From Treponemataceae bacterium (lineage in GTDB: Bacteria > Spirochaetota > Spirochaetia > Treponematales > Rectinemataceae), in the NCBI GenBank assembly GCA_963667725.2, contig CAXXHO010000003.1, positions 1,984,001 through 2,048,000 on the forward strand: a DNA stretch of 64,000 nucleotides. Reading direction: 5' to 3'. Made by a program: the position numbers and the translations under genes. Every line of letters starts with the position of its first letter. The first letter of the stretch is position 1. Positions 38,001 to 47,330 of the stretch are shown one piece after another. The notes beneath the pieces are model-generated. The model had not been told where the DNA came from and did not search any database. It worked only from the letters and a program-made list of their open reading frames with translations.

Positions 38001-38623
38001 GATGGGCTTACGACATCGGATTCGGCGGACTGGATCACGTGATCGCCTCGGGCAAGAACCTCAACATCCTGGTGCTTGACACCGAAGTCTATTCCAATAC
38101 CGGCGGCCAGGCATCCAAGTCCACGCCCGTCGGCGCCATCGCCAAGTTCGCCACCGCGGGCAAGGAAACGATGAAGAAAGACCTCGGCATGATCGCCATG
38201 AGCTATGGCTACGTCTATGTGGCCCAGATCGCCATGGGAAGCAATATGGCCCAGACAATCAAGGCCTTCAGGGAAGCCGAGAGCTACAACGGCCCATCGA
38301 TCATCATCGCGTATTCGCACTGCATCAACCAGGGAATCAACATGACGAAGGGCATGAACCAGCAGAAAGCGGCCGTGGATTCCGGCGTCTGGCCCCTCTA
38401 CCGCTACGACCCGAGACTCAAGGCCGAGGGCAAGAATCCCTTCCAGCTCGATTCCAAGGAACCGGACTTCTCCAAGCTCGAAAGCTACATGTACGCCGAA
38501 GTGAGATTCAAGTCTCTGAGGGAAGCCAATCCCGAAAGAGCCGCGACCCTCCTGGCCAAGCAGCGCTCCCTCATAGAGCGCCGCTACAAGGAATACAGGT
38601 ACATAGCCGACAGGACCTTCTAA
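35063..38623 (+). CDS. nifJ: Pyruvate:ferredoxin (flavodoxin) oxidoreductase
   Basis: IYPITPSS, EMQSEAGAAGAVHG, GLGSDGTVGANKNSIKIIG, two CxxCxxCxxxCP clusters, GGDGWAYDIG motifs; 1186 aa. Confidence 0.98.
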   Translation: MADSKNMVMIDGNAAAAYVAHACSEVIAIYPITPSSPMGELADEFSAMGRKNLWGTIPQVTEMQSEAGAAGAVHGALTAGALSTTFTASQGLLLMIPNMYKIAGEAISTVFHIAARAVAAQALSIFGDHQDVMAARQTGWALLASNNVQEVMDFALIAHAATLKTRVPFVHFFDGFRTSHEVQKVEELTTATMKKMISEDLVRAHRARGLTPETPFIRGTSQNPDVYFAGREAVNKFYDATPGIVEETMKEFEKLTGRGYKLFDYVGAPDADRIAIVMGSGADTVEETVNYLVAHGEKVGAIKVHLFRPFSVESFISAIPATVKSIAVLDRTKEPGAIGEPLYEDVRTAIGEAMGAGKSNFKSWPTVVGGRYGLGSFEFTPAMAKAVFDNLKAKEPKNHFTIGINDDVTFTSIAYDEEFTLDDDGVKECLFYGLGSDGTVGANKNSIKIIGDETPNSAQGYFFYDSKKAGSYTISHLRFGPKAIKKPYLINQAGFIACHKFAFVEKLDMLANAKKGGIFLLNSPFPADKVWDELPVEVQQRIIDKQLRFYVIDGVAIAEASGMGGRINTIMQTAFFKISGVLPEEEAVAMIKKYTEKTYHRKGADIVQKNLVAIDMALNATHKVQVGKANSTKHMLAPVPAYAPKFVKETLGEMIAMRGEKLPVSKLPDDGTFPTGTTKYEKRNIAEKIPVWNSDICIQCGNCTMVCPHAVIRLKAYEPKYAEGAPATFKSVDAKGKELAGLKATLQVAPEDCTGCGACVNICPVNDKVNEGRKAINLEAQAPLREPEAANWDFFMAIPDTPAKYLNLAFPKGIAMKRPLFEFSGACAGCGETPYLKLMSQLFGDRALCANATGCSSIYGGNLPTTPYTTRPDGKGPAWSNSLFEDAAEFGMGMRLTTEKKTEYARELLAAAKGKGVSAELADKLLANTMDSDEAIEAQRASIEELKAAIAGVKAEWAKELTNVAGALIKKSQWIIGGDGWAYDIGFGGLDHVIASGKNLNILVLDTEVYSNTGGQASKSTPVGAIAKFATAGKETMKKDLGMIAMSYGYVYVAQIAMGSNMAQTIKAFREAESYNGPSIIIAYSHCINQGINMTKGMNQQKAAVDSGVWPLYRYDPRLKAEGKNPFQLDSKEPDFSKLESYMYAEVRFKSLREANPERAATLLAKQRSLIERRYKEYRYIADRTF

Positions 38624-38642
38624 GATCCTGAGGCTTCGCGAC

Positions 38643-38675
38643 AAAAAAGGGTGACCCCGAGGTCACCCTTTTTTT
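38643..38675 (+). terminator. Intrinsic (bidirectional-type) terminator after nifJ
   Basis: AAAAAAGGGTGACC-CCGA-GGTCACCCTTTTTTT. Confidence 0.92.
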
Positions 38676-38762
38676 ATGCGCCCGCGCTTCGCTTTTCTTT
38701 ATTAGGTTTTATGAATATATTAAAATAGTAAGATTTCCCGGCCACGAATGTGGGAGGTTGCT

Positions 38763-39032
38763 ATGGTCAATAAAAACGTCATTTCCATGCATATTCCAAA
38801 TCCAGGCCATTCCACGGGGGATGCGGTTCCCCGCTGCATCGATACGAGCGATCTGCTCGAGCTGAACCTGGAATCCGACCGAAGGCTCCTTGTGACGAAC
38901 GGCTCGCTGTGGGTCACCATACAGAATGACCACAAAGACTATATTCTCGGAGCGCACAGAGCCATGAACATACCTAACCGCAAGCTCGTCCTCGTGGAGG
39001 CGACGGAACCGACCTGTTTCCAGGTGGACTGA
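38763..39032 (+). CDS. DUF2917 family small protein
   Basis: LLVTNGSLWVTIQNDHKDYIL motif; GGAGG SD before ATG 38763. Confidence 0.7.
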   Translation: MVNKNVISMHIPNPGHSTGDAVPRCIDTSDLLELNLESDRRLLVTNGSLWVTIQNDHKDYILGAHRAMNIPNRKLVLVEATEPTCFQVD

Positions 39033-39081
39033 GGAGAGGGATTGACCGCAGGCCGCCGCTCCGTTATTTTTAGCCTACTCT

Positions 39082-39447
39082 ATGAAAAAAATAGCGGCAT
39101 ATAAGTTTACCGTCATTTCAGCTGTCCTTATCCTTGTGGCCCTTCTCCTTCCTTCTTCCAATTTTTCCTCGATGCCGAAGTTTTTCGGAATAGACAAGAT
39201 CGCCCATTTCTTCCTCTTTCTTCTCTTCACCCTTTCCTACACCCTCGAGTTCAGGCATTACAACAGGAGACTCCCCGGCATCCTCCACTCCGTCATCTTC
39301 GTCCTCATCTTCATCGTGACATCGGAGCTGCTGCAGCTGCTCACGAGCTCAAGGCACTTTGAATTCCTGGATATGGCATTCGACGCGGGGGGAGCCGCCG
39401 CGGCATTCCTGGCGACGAGGCTGGGAACGGGATCGCGGAAGGCTTAG
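39082..39447 (+). CDS. VanZ family membrane protein
   Basis: DKIAHFFLF, ELLQ..TSSR.FEFLDMAFD..G motifs. Confidence 0.88.
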   Translation: MKKIAAYKFTVISAVLILVALLLPSSNFSSMPKFFGIDKIAHFFLFLLFTLSYTLEFRHYNRRLPGILHSVIFVLIFIVTSELLQLLTSSRHFEFLDMAFDAGGAAAAFLATRLGTGSRKA

Positions 39448-39473
39448 CGAATATAGGCAGGCGCATAAAAGCA

Positions 39474-39500
39474 GCGGCGTTTCCGAAGAAACGCCGCTTT
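39474..39500 (+). terminator. Stem-loop after the VanZ gene
   Basis: AGCGGCGTTTC-CGAA-GAAACGCCGCT followed by TT. Confidence 0.65.
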
Positions 39501-39678
39501 CGTAACACCTTCCTTTCGCCTGAAATTTATATTTTTTTTACATCACATTATTACCTATGAAACATAGACATGCTCATGTTTCATCTATATCATTACCAGC
39601 GGCAGAGGGTTTTGCAAGCGAAAATCAATACAAACCTTGTAGACAATTGTCTACTGCCGATTTTTCGGGTTAGTCTGT

Positions 39679-40464
39679 ATGAAAGCCGACCAAGCTTTTT
39701 CCAAAAGGGCGACCATGAAAAAGCCGAACGTTGAAAGTCTCTCGCATCCCTCACTGTTCCGGAAAACGGGCTTGCTCTTTTCTGGCATTACGGGAATATA
39801 TCTGCTTTTCCAGGCCGCGTTGGCGATATTCGAGAAAAGTCCGCTTAGCTCGGTGAGTCCCGGACAACCCTTCCTGATCTTCCTGGGCGTCTGTTTCGTT
39901 CTTTTCGTGCTCAGCGCCCTGAAGCCATCGCTGAATTGGCTTCAGCCCCTCATCTTTCTCGTGATGACGCCCCTGCCCATGTTTCAGCACAGCTACTCGA
40001 TGTTCAGTCTGGGGAGCTTCATCGCGGCAGAAATCCTTCTCTATCGCCTCGGCTTTTTCGAGCATAAAAAATTGGCCAAGTTTCTGGTCTCGATAGCGTA
40101 TTTCTATACCTGCGAAATACTGATAGGCGTTTCCTCCGGGGCGCGGTTCATGGAAGTCGTGGCGCCCATCGCCTACATGACCGCCTTCCTGGCCTTTCTC
40201 ATGATCGTGTACGGGAGCAACTGGATCGTCTACCTCAACGCGCCGAAGCCGATTCTCTCCCTCTCGGCCATGAAAATCACGAAAAGGGAAGCCGAGTACC
40301 TCAAGGCCCTGCTCGCGGGCCGCTCGATCAAGGAAATAGCGATAGACGGCGGCGTCAAGGAATCCACGGTCAGGAATACCCTCGCCCGTGTCTATAGAAA
40401 ATTCGACGTGCAGGACAAGTCGACGCTCATGGCGAAATGCGAAAACTATTCCATAGTGGATTGA
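39679..40464 (+). CDS. Membrane-bound LuxR-type HTH regulator
   Basis: About 5-6 TM helices, then ITKREAEYLKALLAGRSIKEIA...ESTVRNTLARVYRKFDV. Confidence 0.85.
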   Translation: MKADQAFSKRATMKKPNVESLSHPSLFRKTGLLFSGITGIYLLFQAALAIFEKSPLSSVSPGQPFLIFLGVCFVLFVLSALKPSLNWLQPLIFLVMTPLPMFQHSYSMFSLGSFIAAEILLYRLGFFEHKKLAKFLVSIAYFYTCEILIGVSSGARFMEVVAPIAYMTAFLAFLMIVYGSNWIVYLNAPKPILSLSAMKITKREAEYLKALLAGRSIKEIAIDGGVKESTVRNTLARVYRKFDVQDKSTLMAKCENYSIVD

Positions 40465-40529
40465 GAGCGCGCCCTTCCTATTGTATCTTTAGCCCAGATT
40501 CCTTATTTTAATCTCCAACAGAGGTTTAC

Positions 40530-41381
40530 ATGCACAGTTTCACCCTCGGTCCCGGCGAACTGGCCGGACATAATGCCGATACGATCTTGCCGGCTTCGGC
40601 GAAAGCCGCCGACAGTTTCGCCACCTTATTCACCATCATCGCGAGGCTGCGCGCCCAGGACGGCTGCCCCTGGGACCGCGAACAGTCACCTTCATCCATC
40701 CGGAACAACATCGTCGAGGAGGCCTATGAACTCGTCGAGGCCATCAACGAAAAAGATCCGGCCCATATCCGCGAGGAGTCGGGCGACCTTTTCATGCTCG
40801 CCACCATGGTGGCTTACATGTTCGAGCAGGAAAAGAGCTTTTCCGTGGCCGAGGCGCTGGATTCCGTATCGGAAAAGCTCGTCCGAAGGCATCCCCACGT
40901 CTTCGGCGAGTCCGACGCGGGGACGCCCGAGGCCGTGGTCGAGCAGTGGAACAGGATCAAGGAAACGAAGGAAGGACGCCGCAAGAAAGATTCCCTTCTC
41001 GACGAGGTGCCCCGCCATCTGCCCCCCCTCGAGCGTGCCTTCAAGATACAGAAAAAAGCCTCCAAAGCCGGCTTCGACTGGACGCGCCTCGACTCGGTCT
41101 GGGACAAGGTGGAAGAGGAGCTCAGGGAATCCAGGGAAGCCTTCGACGCGAAGGACGCGGAAGAACTCGAGGCCGAGATCGGAGACCTGCTCTATTCAGT
41201 CATCAATCTCTCTCGCTTCAACGGGATAGACCCGGCCATCGCCCTCCAGCGCACGAACGACAAGTTCGCCCTGCGCTTCAGGCATGTCGAGAAGCGCATG
41301 AAAGAGGAAAACCTGCCCATGGACCGCGAGCATATGGAAAAAATGGACTTTTTCTGGGAAGAAGCGAAGGAAGGACGATGA
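40530..41381 (+). CDS. mazG: Nucleoside triphosphate pyrophosphohydrolase
   Basis: GCPWDREQ, EEAYE, EKLVRRHPHVFG, GFDW, EIGDLL motifs. Confidence 0.96.
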   Translation: MHSFTLGPGELAGHNADTILPASAKAADSFATLFTIIARLRAQDGCPWDREQSPSSIRNNIVEEAYELVEAINEKDPAHIREESGDLFMLATMVAYMFEQEKSFSVAEALDSVSEKLVRRHPHVFGESDAGTPEAVVEQWNRIKETKEGRRKKDSLLDEVPRHLPPLERAFKIQKKASKAGFDWTRLDSVWDKVEEELRESREAFDAKDAEELEAEIGDLLYSVINLSRFNGIDPAIALQRTNDKFALRFRHVEKRMKEENLPMDREHMEKMDFFWEEAKEGR

Positions 41382-41418
41382 TCAGGCAGCCCTCGTGGCG
41401 AAGGGAAAGCTCAAGGCC

Positions 41419-42780
41419 ATGAAAGATCTGACGAAAGGCAACGAAACCAGACAGCTCATCGACTTCGCCATCCCCATGCTCCTGGGCAATATATTCCAGC
41501 AGTTCTACAACATGGTGGACAGCTTCGTGGTGGGCCGCTTCCTCGGCACCACGGCCTTGGCCGCCGTGGGCACGGCCTTTCCCATAATTTTCTTCATGAT
41601 TGCCCTGATATTGGGCGTGACGATGGGCTCTTCGGTCCTCATCTCGCAGTTTTTCGGCGCCAAAGACGAAAGCAGCCTCAAGAAAGTCATCTCCACCAGC
41701 TATATTTTCCTTTTCGTCGCCGGGCTTGGGCTAACTGTCTTCGGCGTCCTCTCGACGGACTTCATCCTCAGGCTTCTCGCCGTGCCCGACGAGATAATGC
41801 CCGAGGCATCGGCCTACCTGCGGATTACCTTCATCGGCATGCTCGCCATCTTCGGCTACAACGCCGTGGCGGCCATGCTCAGGGGCCTCGGGGACTCGAA
41901 GACTCCGCTCTATGTCCTCATCGCCTCGACCCTCATCAACATCGTCCTCGATCTCGTCTTCGTCATCGTCTTCAAATGGGGCGTGGCGGGCGCAGCCTGG
42001 GCGACCATCATCTCGCAGGCGATCTCGTTCGTTGGGGCCCTCGTCATCCTGGACAGGCGGAACCAGTACGCCAGGCTGGACTTCGCGAACCTGAGGTGGG
42101 ACAAGGCTATCTTCGCGCAGATTCTCAGGATCGGCCTGCCCACGGGCATCCAGCAGACCCTGGTCTCCGTCGGCATGATGGTGCTGTCCAGGATCGTCAA
42201 CGAATTCGGCCCCAACGCGATGGCCGCCTACACGGCGGCTTCCCGCATCGACTCCTTCGCCATGATGCCCGCGATGAATCTCTCTCAGGCGGTGACCACC
42301 TTCGCTGGCCAGAACATCGGCGCGGGGAAGACGGAGCGGGTGCGCCGCGGGCATCTTTCGGCGATCGCCGTCAACACGGCCATCTCGCTCGCGATGACAC
42401 TCTGCGTAGTCTTGTTCGGCCGCCCGCTGATGGGGATTTTTTCGACCGACCCGGCCGTTGTCGCGATAGGAGCCGAGTACCTTCTCATCGTGGGTATTTT
42501 CTACGCGGTCTTCGGGATAATGTTCATCAACAACGGCGTCATGAGGGGAGCCGGCGACGTGTTCATCCCGATGATCAGCAGCCTCCTCGCGCTCTGGATC
42601 GTCAGGGTGCCCTGCGCCCTCCTCTTCACGAGAGTCTTCCACATGGGCACCGACGGCATCTGGTGGTCCATTCCCGCCGGATGGGCGGTGGGCTTCGTTT
42701 TTTCTTCCTGGTATTATCTTTCGGGACGCTGGAAAAACAAGAGCATCGTAAAGCGAGGCCTTCCGATTTCGGAGGAATGA
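41419..42780 (+). CDS. MATE family efflux transporter
   Basis: MKDLTKG...FAIPMLLGNIFQQFYNMVDS, LRGLGDSKTPL, GQNIGAG motifs. Confidence 0.95.
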   Translation: MKDLTKGNETRQLIDFAIPMLLGNIFQQFYNMVDSFVVGRFLGTTALAAVGTAFPIIFFMIALILGVTMGSSVLISQFFGAKDESSLKKVISTSYIFLFVAGLGLTVFGVLSTDFILRLLAVPDEIMPEASAYLRITFIGMLAIFGYNAVAAMLRGLGDSKTPLYVLIASTLINIVLDLVFVIVFKWGVAGAAWATIISQAISFVGALVILDRRNQYARLDFANLRWDKAIFAQILRIGLPTGIQQTLVSVGMMVLSRIVNEFGPNAMAAYTAASRIDSFAMMPAMNLSQAVTTFAGQNIGAGKTERVRRGHLSAIAVNTAISLAMTLCVVLFGRPLMGIFSTDPAVVAIGAEYLLIVGIFYAVFGIMFINNGVMRGAGDVFIPMISSLLALWIVRVPCALLFTRVFHMGTDGIWWSIPAGWAVGFVFSSWYYLSGRWKNKSIVKRGLPISEE

Positions 42781-42838
42781 AGCCCGCGCGGGGCCGCGAT
42801 CAATTCCCTCGACGTTCAATACATATTATACTGAATCC

Positions 42839-45064
42839 ATGGCAGCACCTCTGTCGCCTAACCGGCTTAGATCCGCCAGGCATAGCTTCAATATATTCAA
42901 CTTCCTCAATTCATTTTCGTTCGTGTTCGTATCGGGTTCCTTCATCACCCTTTTCGCCATCCGCATGGGAGCGTCCAACGCCATTGTCGGCATCCTGAAC
43001 GCCATCGCCTATTCCACTTTTTTCATGATGCCCATCGGCAAACGCCTCGTCCATAAAAAACCCATCGTATGGATTTTCGGCTGGGCCTGGGTAGCGCGCT
43101 ATACGGCCCTTGTGCCCATACTTTTCGCCCCGATCTTCGCCGCGCGGGGGCACAAAGGCGCGGCCATCGGCCTCCTCATCGCCGGAGCCGCGGGTTTTTC
43201 CTTCTTCAGGGGAGTGGCTCTCATCGGCAACAACCCCGTCGTAGGATTCCTCGCTTCAGGCGGCGGCGAGAAACCCCGCTCAGACCGCGGCGAGTACATG
43301 GTCTCCAATTCCATCATCAATTCCCTGGCTAGCATGATAGGCGGTCTTCTCGTCTCGCTCTTCCTCGGCGAGCAGGCCAATCCCTGGGTATACGCGTTGG
43401 GCGTGGGCATCGGCATAGCGACAGGATACGCCGGATGCATACTGCTCCTTCAGACGCCGGAACCCACCGACTATTCACCGGAAAAGTCCAGTTCGCTCAT
43501 GGAAACCGCCAGGGAGGCCATAAAGGAAGAGCCTTTCCGGCGCTTCATCATCATCTTCATGGCCTTGGCCTTCGTTTCGGGCATGGGCAGGTCCTTCCTG
43601 CCCGTCTACGCTAAGGAAGTCTTCGCCCAGGGCGACGACGCCGTCATGCTCTATGCCCTCATGGCGAGCATCGGGTCGGTCGTGATGGGACTCATAAGCA
43701 GGCTGGTCGTCGACAGGCTGGGTTCCAAGCCACTGTTCATAATCTTCTCCGCCATCGGGCTCTTCAGCTTCATCCCGATCGCCATGCTGCCCGGCGGCGC
43801 TTTCATCGCCTCCAGCACGGTCACGGCCCTCTTTCTGGCCTTCATCCACTTTGTCGCCAATTTCGGTTTCGCCGGAGAGGAGAATTCCGCGCAAACCTAC
43901 TATTTCACCCTCGTTCCCAAGGAAAAAACCCTCGACCTCTCGGTGGTCTATTATTTTGCCTATGGCCTGGGGGGAGCGATCGGCTCAGGCGTGGGCGGTC
44001 TCATTCTGGATGGGTTCATCGCGCTGGGCCTGAACGCGCCGGGTTCGTACCGCCTGCTCTACGCCCTTCTGTGCGTCATTCTCGTCGTCGCTCTCTTTTC
44101 TATGCAGAAGCTGAAGCGTCTGGGATCGAGAAGCGTCAGCCAGTCCCTCGGCGTCATGCTCTCGCCTCGCGACCTGAAGGCCTTCGATCTTCTGGCAAGG
44201 TTGGACCGCAGCGAGAATCCCAACCAGGAGATAAAGCTTATCCAGGAGCTGGGCCACTCCATGTCCATGCTTTCCCAGGATGAGCTGATCGACTATCTCC
44301 GTTCGCCGCGCTTCGAGGTGCGGATGGAAGCCCTTCTCGCCTTCGAAACCATGCCGCATCTTTCGCCCAAGGTTATCCGCTCCCTCATGAGGGAAGCGGA
44401 AACGCACACCTTCACGACTTCCTATGTCGCCGCCAGGATACTGGGCAAAAGTCAGAGCCCCGACGCCATACCCACGCTCCGCAAAGCGATGGAAGCCGAA
44501 GACTATATGCTCCAGGGAACGGCGATGATCGCGCTGGCCAGAATCGGCGACGTCGACTCCATCCCCCTCATCGAATCCATTCTGACGAGGACCAGGAACC
44601 CGCGCGTGAAGATCTCGGCCGTCGTAGCCCTGGAGCTGATGCAGTCCAGGGCTTCCCTGCCCGTCCTCGTGTCGAGCCTGAGCAGGGACGACCCGCCGGC
44701 CTTCGTCTCCGACGAGATAATACTGGCCATGGCCAGCATCATGGGCATCATGAAGGAATTCTATCCGCTCTACTCGATGTTTATAGAGGATGAGGCTCAG
44801 GGATTGGCCCTCCTGGAATCCACGGCACGGGATATCATCGTCGACGAAAGGACGATGAAAGAATGGAAGGAAGGGGTAACGAGGATTTTCGATCCCGTGG
44901 AACCGGACGGAAGGAAGATCGCCGCATTTATCGTCAGGACAGGAAATGATCCCCGGACGGAAGTCGTGCTCGGGGAGGCTATGCTCGAACCTCAGCTATG
45001 CTACGGCGGGGGAAGGTTTCTCGCGGCCGCCTATCCTCTCTTCGTCAAGCATAGGGGGCCCTGA
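42839..45064 (+). CDS. MFS transporter fused to a C-terminal HEAT-repeat domain
   Basis: About 12 TM helices (VDRLGSKP motif), then HEAT-like repeats (VRMEALLA, AARILGK, ALARIGD). Confidence 0.82.
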   Translation: MAAPLSPNRLRSARHSFNIFNFLNSFSFVFVSGSFITLFAIRMGASNAIVGILNAIAYSTFFMMPIGKRLVHKKPIVWIFGWAWVARYTALVPILFAPIFAARGHKGAAIGLLIAGAAGFSFFRGVALIGNNPVVGFLASGGGEKPRSDRGEYMVSNSIINSLASMIGGLLVSLFLGEQANPWVYALGVGIGIATGYAGCILLLQTPEPTDYSPEKSSSLMETAREAIKEEPFRRFIIIFMALAFVSGMGRSFLPVYAKEVFAQGDDAVMLYALMASIGSVVMGLISRLVVDRLGSKPLFIIFSAIGLFSFIPIAMLPGGAFIASSTVTALFLAFIHFVANFGFAGEENSAQTYYFTLVPKEKTLDLSVVYYFAYGLGGAIGSGVGGLILDGFIALGLNAPGSYRLLYALLCVILVVALFSMQKLKRLGSRSVSQSLGVMLSPRDLKAFDLLARLDRSENPNQEIKLIQELGHSMSMLSQDELIDYLRSPRFEVRMEALLAFETMPHLSPKVIRSLMREAETHTFTTSYVAARILGKSQSPDAIPTLRKAMEAEDYMLQGTAMIALARIGDVDSIPLIESILTRTRNPRVKISAVVALELMQSRASLPVLVSSLSRDDPPAFVSDEIILAMASIMGIMKEFYPLYSMFIEDEAQGLALLESTARDIIVDERTMKEWKEGVTRIFDPVEPDGRKIAAFIVRTGNDPRTEVVLGEAMLEPQLCYGGGRFLAAAYPLFVKHRGP

Positions 45065-45079
45065 GACCGATAAGGGAAA

Positions 45080-45373
45080 TCAGGCGAGCTCTATGGCTCG
45101 CTTTTCGGGATCGGGATTCTGTTTGTAGAAAATCGCCGTATTGCCGATAATCCGCACGAGTTCGCTCTTGGTCGAGACGGCCAGTTCGGCCGCTATCGTC
45201 TTCTTCTCTTCCTTGAAATCCATGAATTTCACTTTGATGAGTTCGTGCTGCGCGAGGAGCGCGGCAAGTTGCTGGACAAAGGCCGCGGTGGGTCCGCCTT
45301 TGCCGAGATGGGTTACAACCGCGTCCGTGGACGCCATTCCGGCGAGATAGCTTCGTTGCTTGGTGCTCAACAT
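45080..45373 (-). CDS. yhbY: YhbY family RNA-binding protein (CRM domain)
   Basis: MLSTKQRSYL, LGKGG, HELIKVK, IIGNTAIFYK motifs. Confidence 0.92.
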   Translation of the reverse strand: MLSTKQRSYLAGMASTDAVVTHLGKGGPTAAFVQQLAALLAQHELIKVKFMDFKEEKKTIAAELAVSTKSELVRIIGNTAIFYKQNPDPEKRAIELA

Positions 45374-45388
45374 ATGGGTTCCTCCATG

Positions 45389-45982
45389 TCAGAAAGGCAG
45401 GGAAAGAAGCAGGGAGCCGAGTATCTTCACCAAGGCGCCGCCCGCCGCCCTGAAAAGGATCAGGACGAGGAAGCCGGTGATGAGGCCCTGCAGGTAATCG
45501 ATGGCCTTGTTGCGATATATGACTTTATTGATGCGATAGAGTATGGGATTGAGGATGGCGTCCACGACTACCCATACGGGATGGAGGCTGTTCCAGCGGG
45601 CGACGAATACGATGGTTCTGACGAGGGCGCAGGCGGACACGAAGGAAAGGACAAAGGAGAGGGCTGACCAGCCGGCGCCGAGGATGAGACTGAGAAAGAA
45701 GCCAAAAGTGATTTTGCCCGAGAAGGCGATGGTGGTGAACATGTTGTTGGCCACGGAAAGAACGGCCAGAGCCGCGATGGGGCTAAAATCGAATCGTTCC
45801 GTCCTGAACAGCTTTATTCCCGAAAACACCCTCAGGAAGGGATCGACGATGGAAGCGAGCAGGTCTCCCGCCCTTCCCATATTCAGGCCTGGCGCCCAGG
45901 CCATGAAGACGCGCAGCGCGCAGAGAAGCATATACAGGGAGGTTACCGCTCCCAAAATTTTCGCGATGATGCTGAGAAGCAT
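45389..45982 (-). CDS. YggT family membrane protein
   Basis: IVDPFLR, FDFSPIAA; two YGGT-like halves. Confidence 0.85.
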   Translation of the reverse strand: MLLSIIAKILGAVTSLYMLLCALRVFMAWAPGLNMGRAGDLLASIVDPFLRVFSGIKLFRTERFDFSPIAALAVLSVANNMFTTIAFSGKITFGFFLSLILGAGWSALSFVLSFVSACALVRTIVFVARWNSLHPVWVVVDAILNPILYRINKVIYRNKAIDYLQGLITGFLVLILFRAAGGALVKILGSLLLSLPF

Positions 45983-46119
45983 TGAGCAAGCCTCCGAAAA
46001 AAGTGTCGGCCGCGATCATTCCGCGCCGCGGGAAAATTCCCGCCCAAGGCGGAAACAGTTTCGTTAAAAGATATACACAATCCCGCATTTGAGCAACTGT
46101 TTCAAAACGCTCCGAAGCA

Positions 46120-46128
46120 TGGTAGAAT
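46120..46128 (+). promoter_or_regulatory. Extended -10 element for the DUF72 gene
   Basis: TGgTAGAAT about 20 nt upstream of ATG 46148. Confidence 0.45.
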
Positions 46129-46147
46129 CGGTCAAGGGAGAGGCTGA

Positions 46148-46945
46148 ATGGAAGGGAACCGCTTCTACATCGGCACATGCGGCTATTCCTACGAAGACTG
46201 GCGCGAAGTGTTCTATCCCAAGGACCTGCGCCAGACGGAATTCCTGCGCTTCTACTCCCTCGTGTTTCCCTTCGTCGAACTGGACTTCTCCTGGTACGCG
46301 ATGCCCAAGCCGGAGAATCTCGAAGCCATGGCCAGGCAGACCAATCCCGACTTTCTTTTTTCGCTCAAGGCGCATAAAAGCCTGACCCATGAGATCGGCG
46401 AAGAATGGCAGAAGAGCGCCGATCAGTTCGCGACGGCGGTGAATGTCCTGGCATCGCAGGGGAGGCTCGCCTCCATCCTCATTCAGCTTCCCTTCCGCTT
46501 CTCCTATACGGCGGACAACAGAAGATATCTGGGCGAGCTGTGTTCGGCGCTTTCGGCTTTTCCCCTTGTCGTCGAATTCAGGAACGAGGTCTGGTACCAG
46601 CAGAGAGTTTTCGATGAACTCGCGAAAAGAAACATAACGCTCGCGATGCTGGACAGGCCCGATCTTCCGGGGCTTCCCCCCGAATCGCAGATTCACACCT
46701 CAAGCACGGCCTATTATCGTCTTCATGGAAGAAACGCCGATCAGTGGTGGAATGGAAACGCCACCTCCCGCTACGACTACGACTACTCGGCCCAGGAGCT
46801 CAAGGAAAGAGCCCGTTCGCTCATCGCCATCGCGCAGAAATCGGAACAGGTTTTCGTCGCTTTCAACAATCACGCGAGAGGGAACGCGGTAAAGAACGCC
46901 CGTGCCCTGATCGCCCTCATTAAGGAACTTTTCATTCAGGCATGA
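46148..46945 (+). CDS. DUF72 (YecE) family protein
   Basis: IGTCGYSYEDW..FYP, FSLKAHKSLTH, VEFR, YYRLHGRN, YDYDYS, FNNH..G.A..NA motifs. Confidence 0.93.
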   Translation: MEGNRFYIGTCGYSYEDWREVFYPKDLRQTEFLRFYSLVFPFVELDFSWYAMPKPENLEAMARQTNPDFLFSLKAHKSLTHEIGEEWQKSADQFATAVNVLASQGRLASILIQLPFRFSYTADNRRYLGELCSALSAFPLVVEFRNEVWYQQRVFDELAKRNITLAMLDRPDLPGLPPESQIHTSSTAYYRLHGRNADQWWNGNATSRYDYDYSAQELKERARSLIAIAQKSEQVFVAFNNHARGNAVKNARALIALIKELFIQA

Positions 46946-47330
46946 GTTGGGGTGTGTTCAGGCATTTGTCGAAGCTTTCGCGCGATCCGAGATTCTCCTT
47001 GCGAAAAATCAGGCAGCCTTCCATGCCGAGCACCATGAGGACGACGCGGTCCAGCGCTTCGGAATTCAGCGAAAGGAGGTTCCAGAGACAATCCCTGCCC
47101 CTTTCTTCCTCTATGGTCCTGACGATGAGCTCCAGGTAGCCGCCTTCGTGAAGGACGGCGGAGATCCATCCCGTTTTCTTGACGAATTCGGCGGTGTTCG
47201 TCGCGCCAGAAGCGATGGCTGGATGGGAAGATATCCAGGAGCTGTGGAAACCCGGAATTTTGATGACCCTGCCGTCGGGCAGGATCCACGAAGCCCCATG
47301 GACCAGGTCGTAAAGTTTGGTGGGAGCCAT
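46932..47330 (-). CDS. Hypothetical protein (132 aa)
   Basis: Typical codon usage; coupled by TGATG to the upstream pseudouridine synthase gene. Confidence 0.7.
   Translation of the reverse strand: MAPTKLYDLVHGASWILPDGRVIKIPGFHSSWISSHPAIASGATNTAEFVKKTGWISAVLHEGGYLELIVRTIEEERGRDCLWNLLSLNSEALDRVVLMVLGMEGCLIFRKENLGSRESFDKCLNTPQLMPE

Noticed and set aside
35168..38644. 1158-aa antisense ORF spanning nifJ
   Set aside because: Shadow ORF. The strongly biased nifJ codons avoid TTA/CTA/TCA, so the mirror frame has no stops, and its translation has no recognisable motifs.
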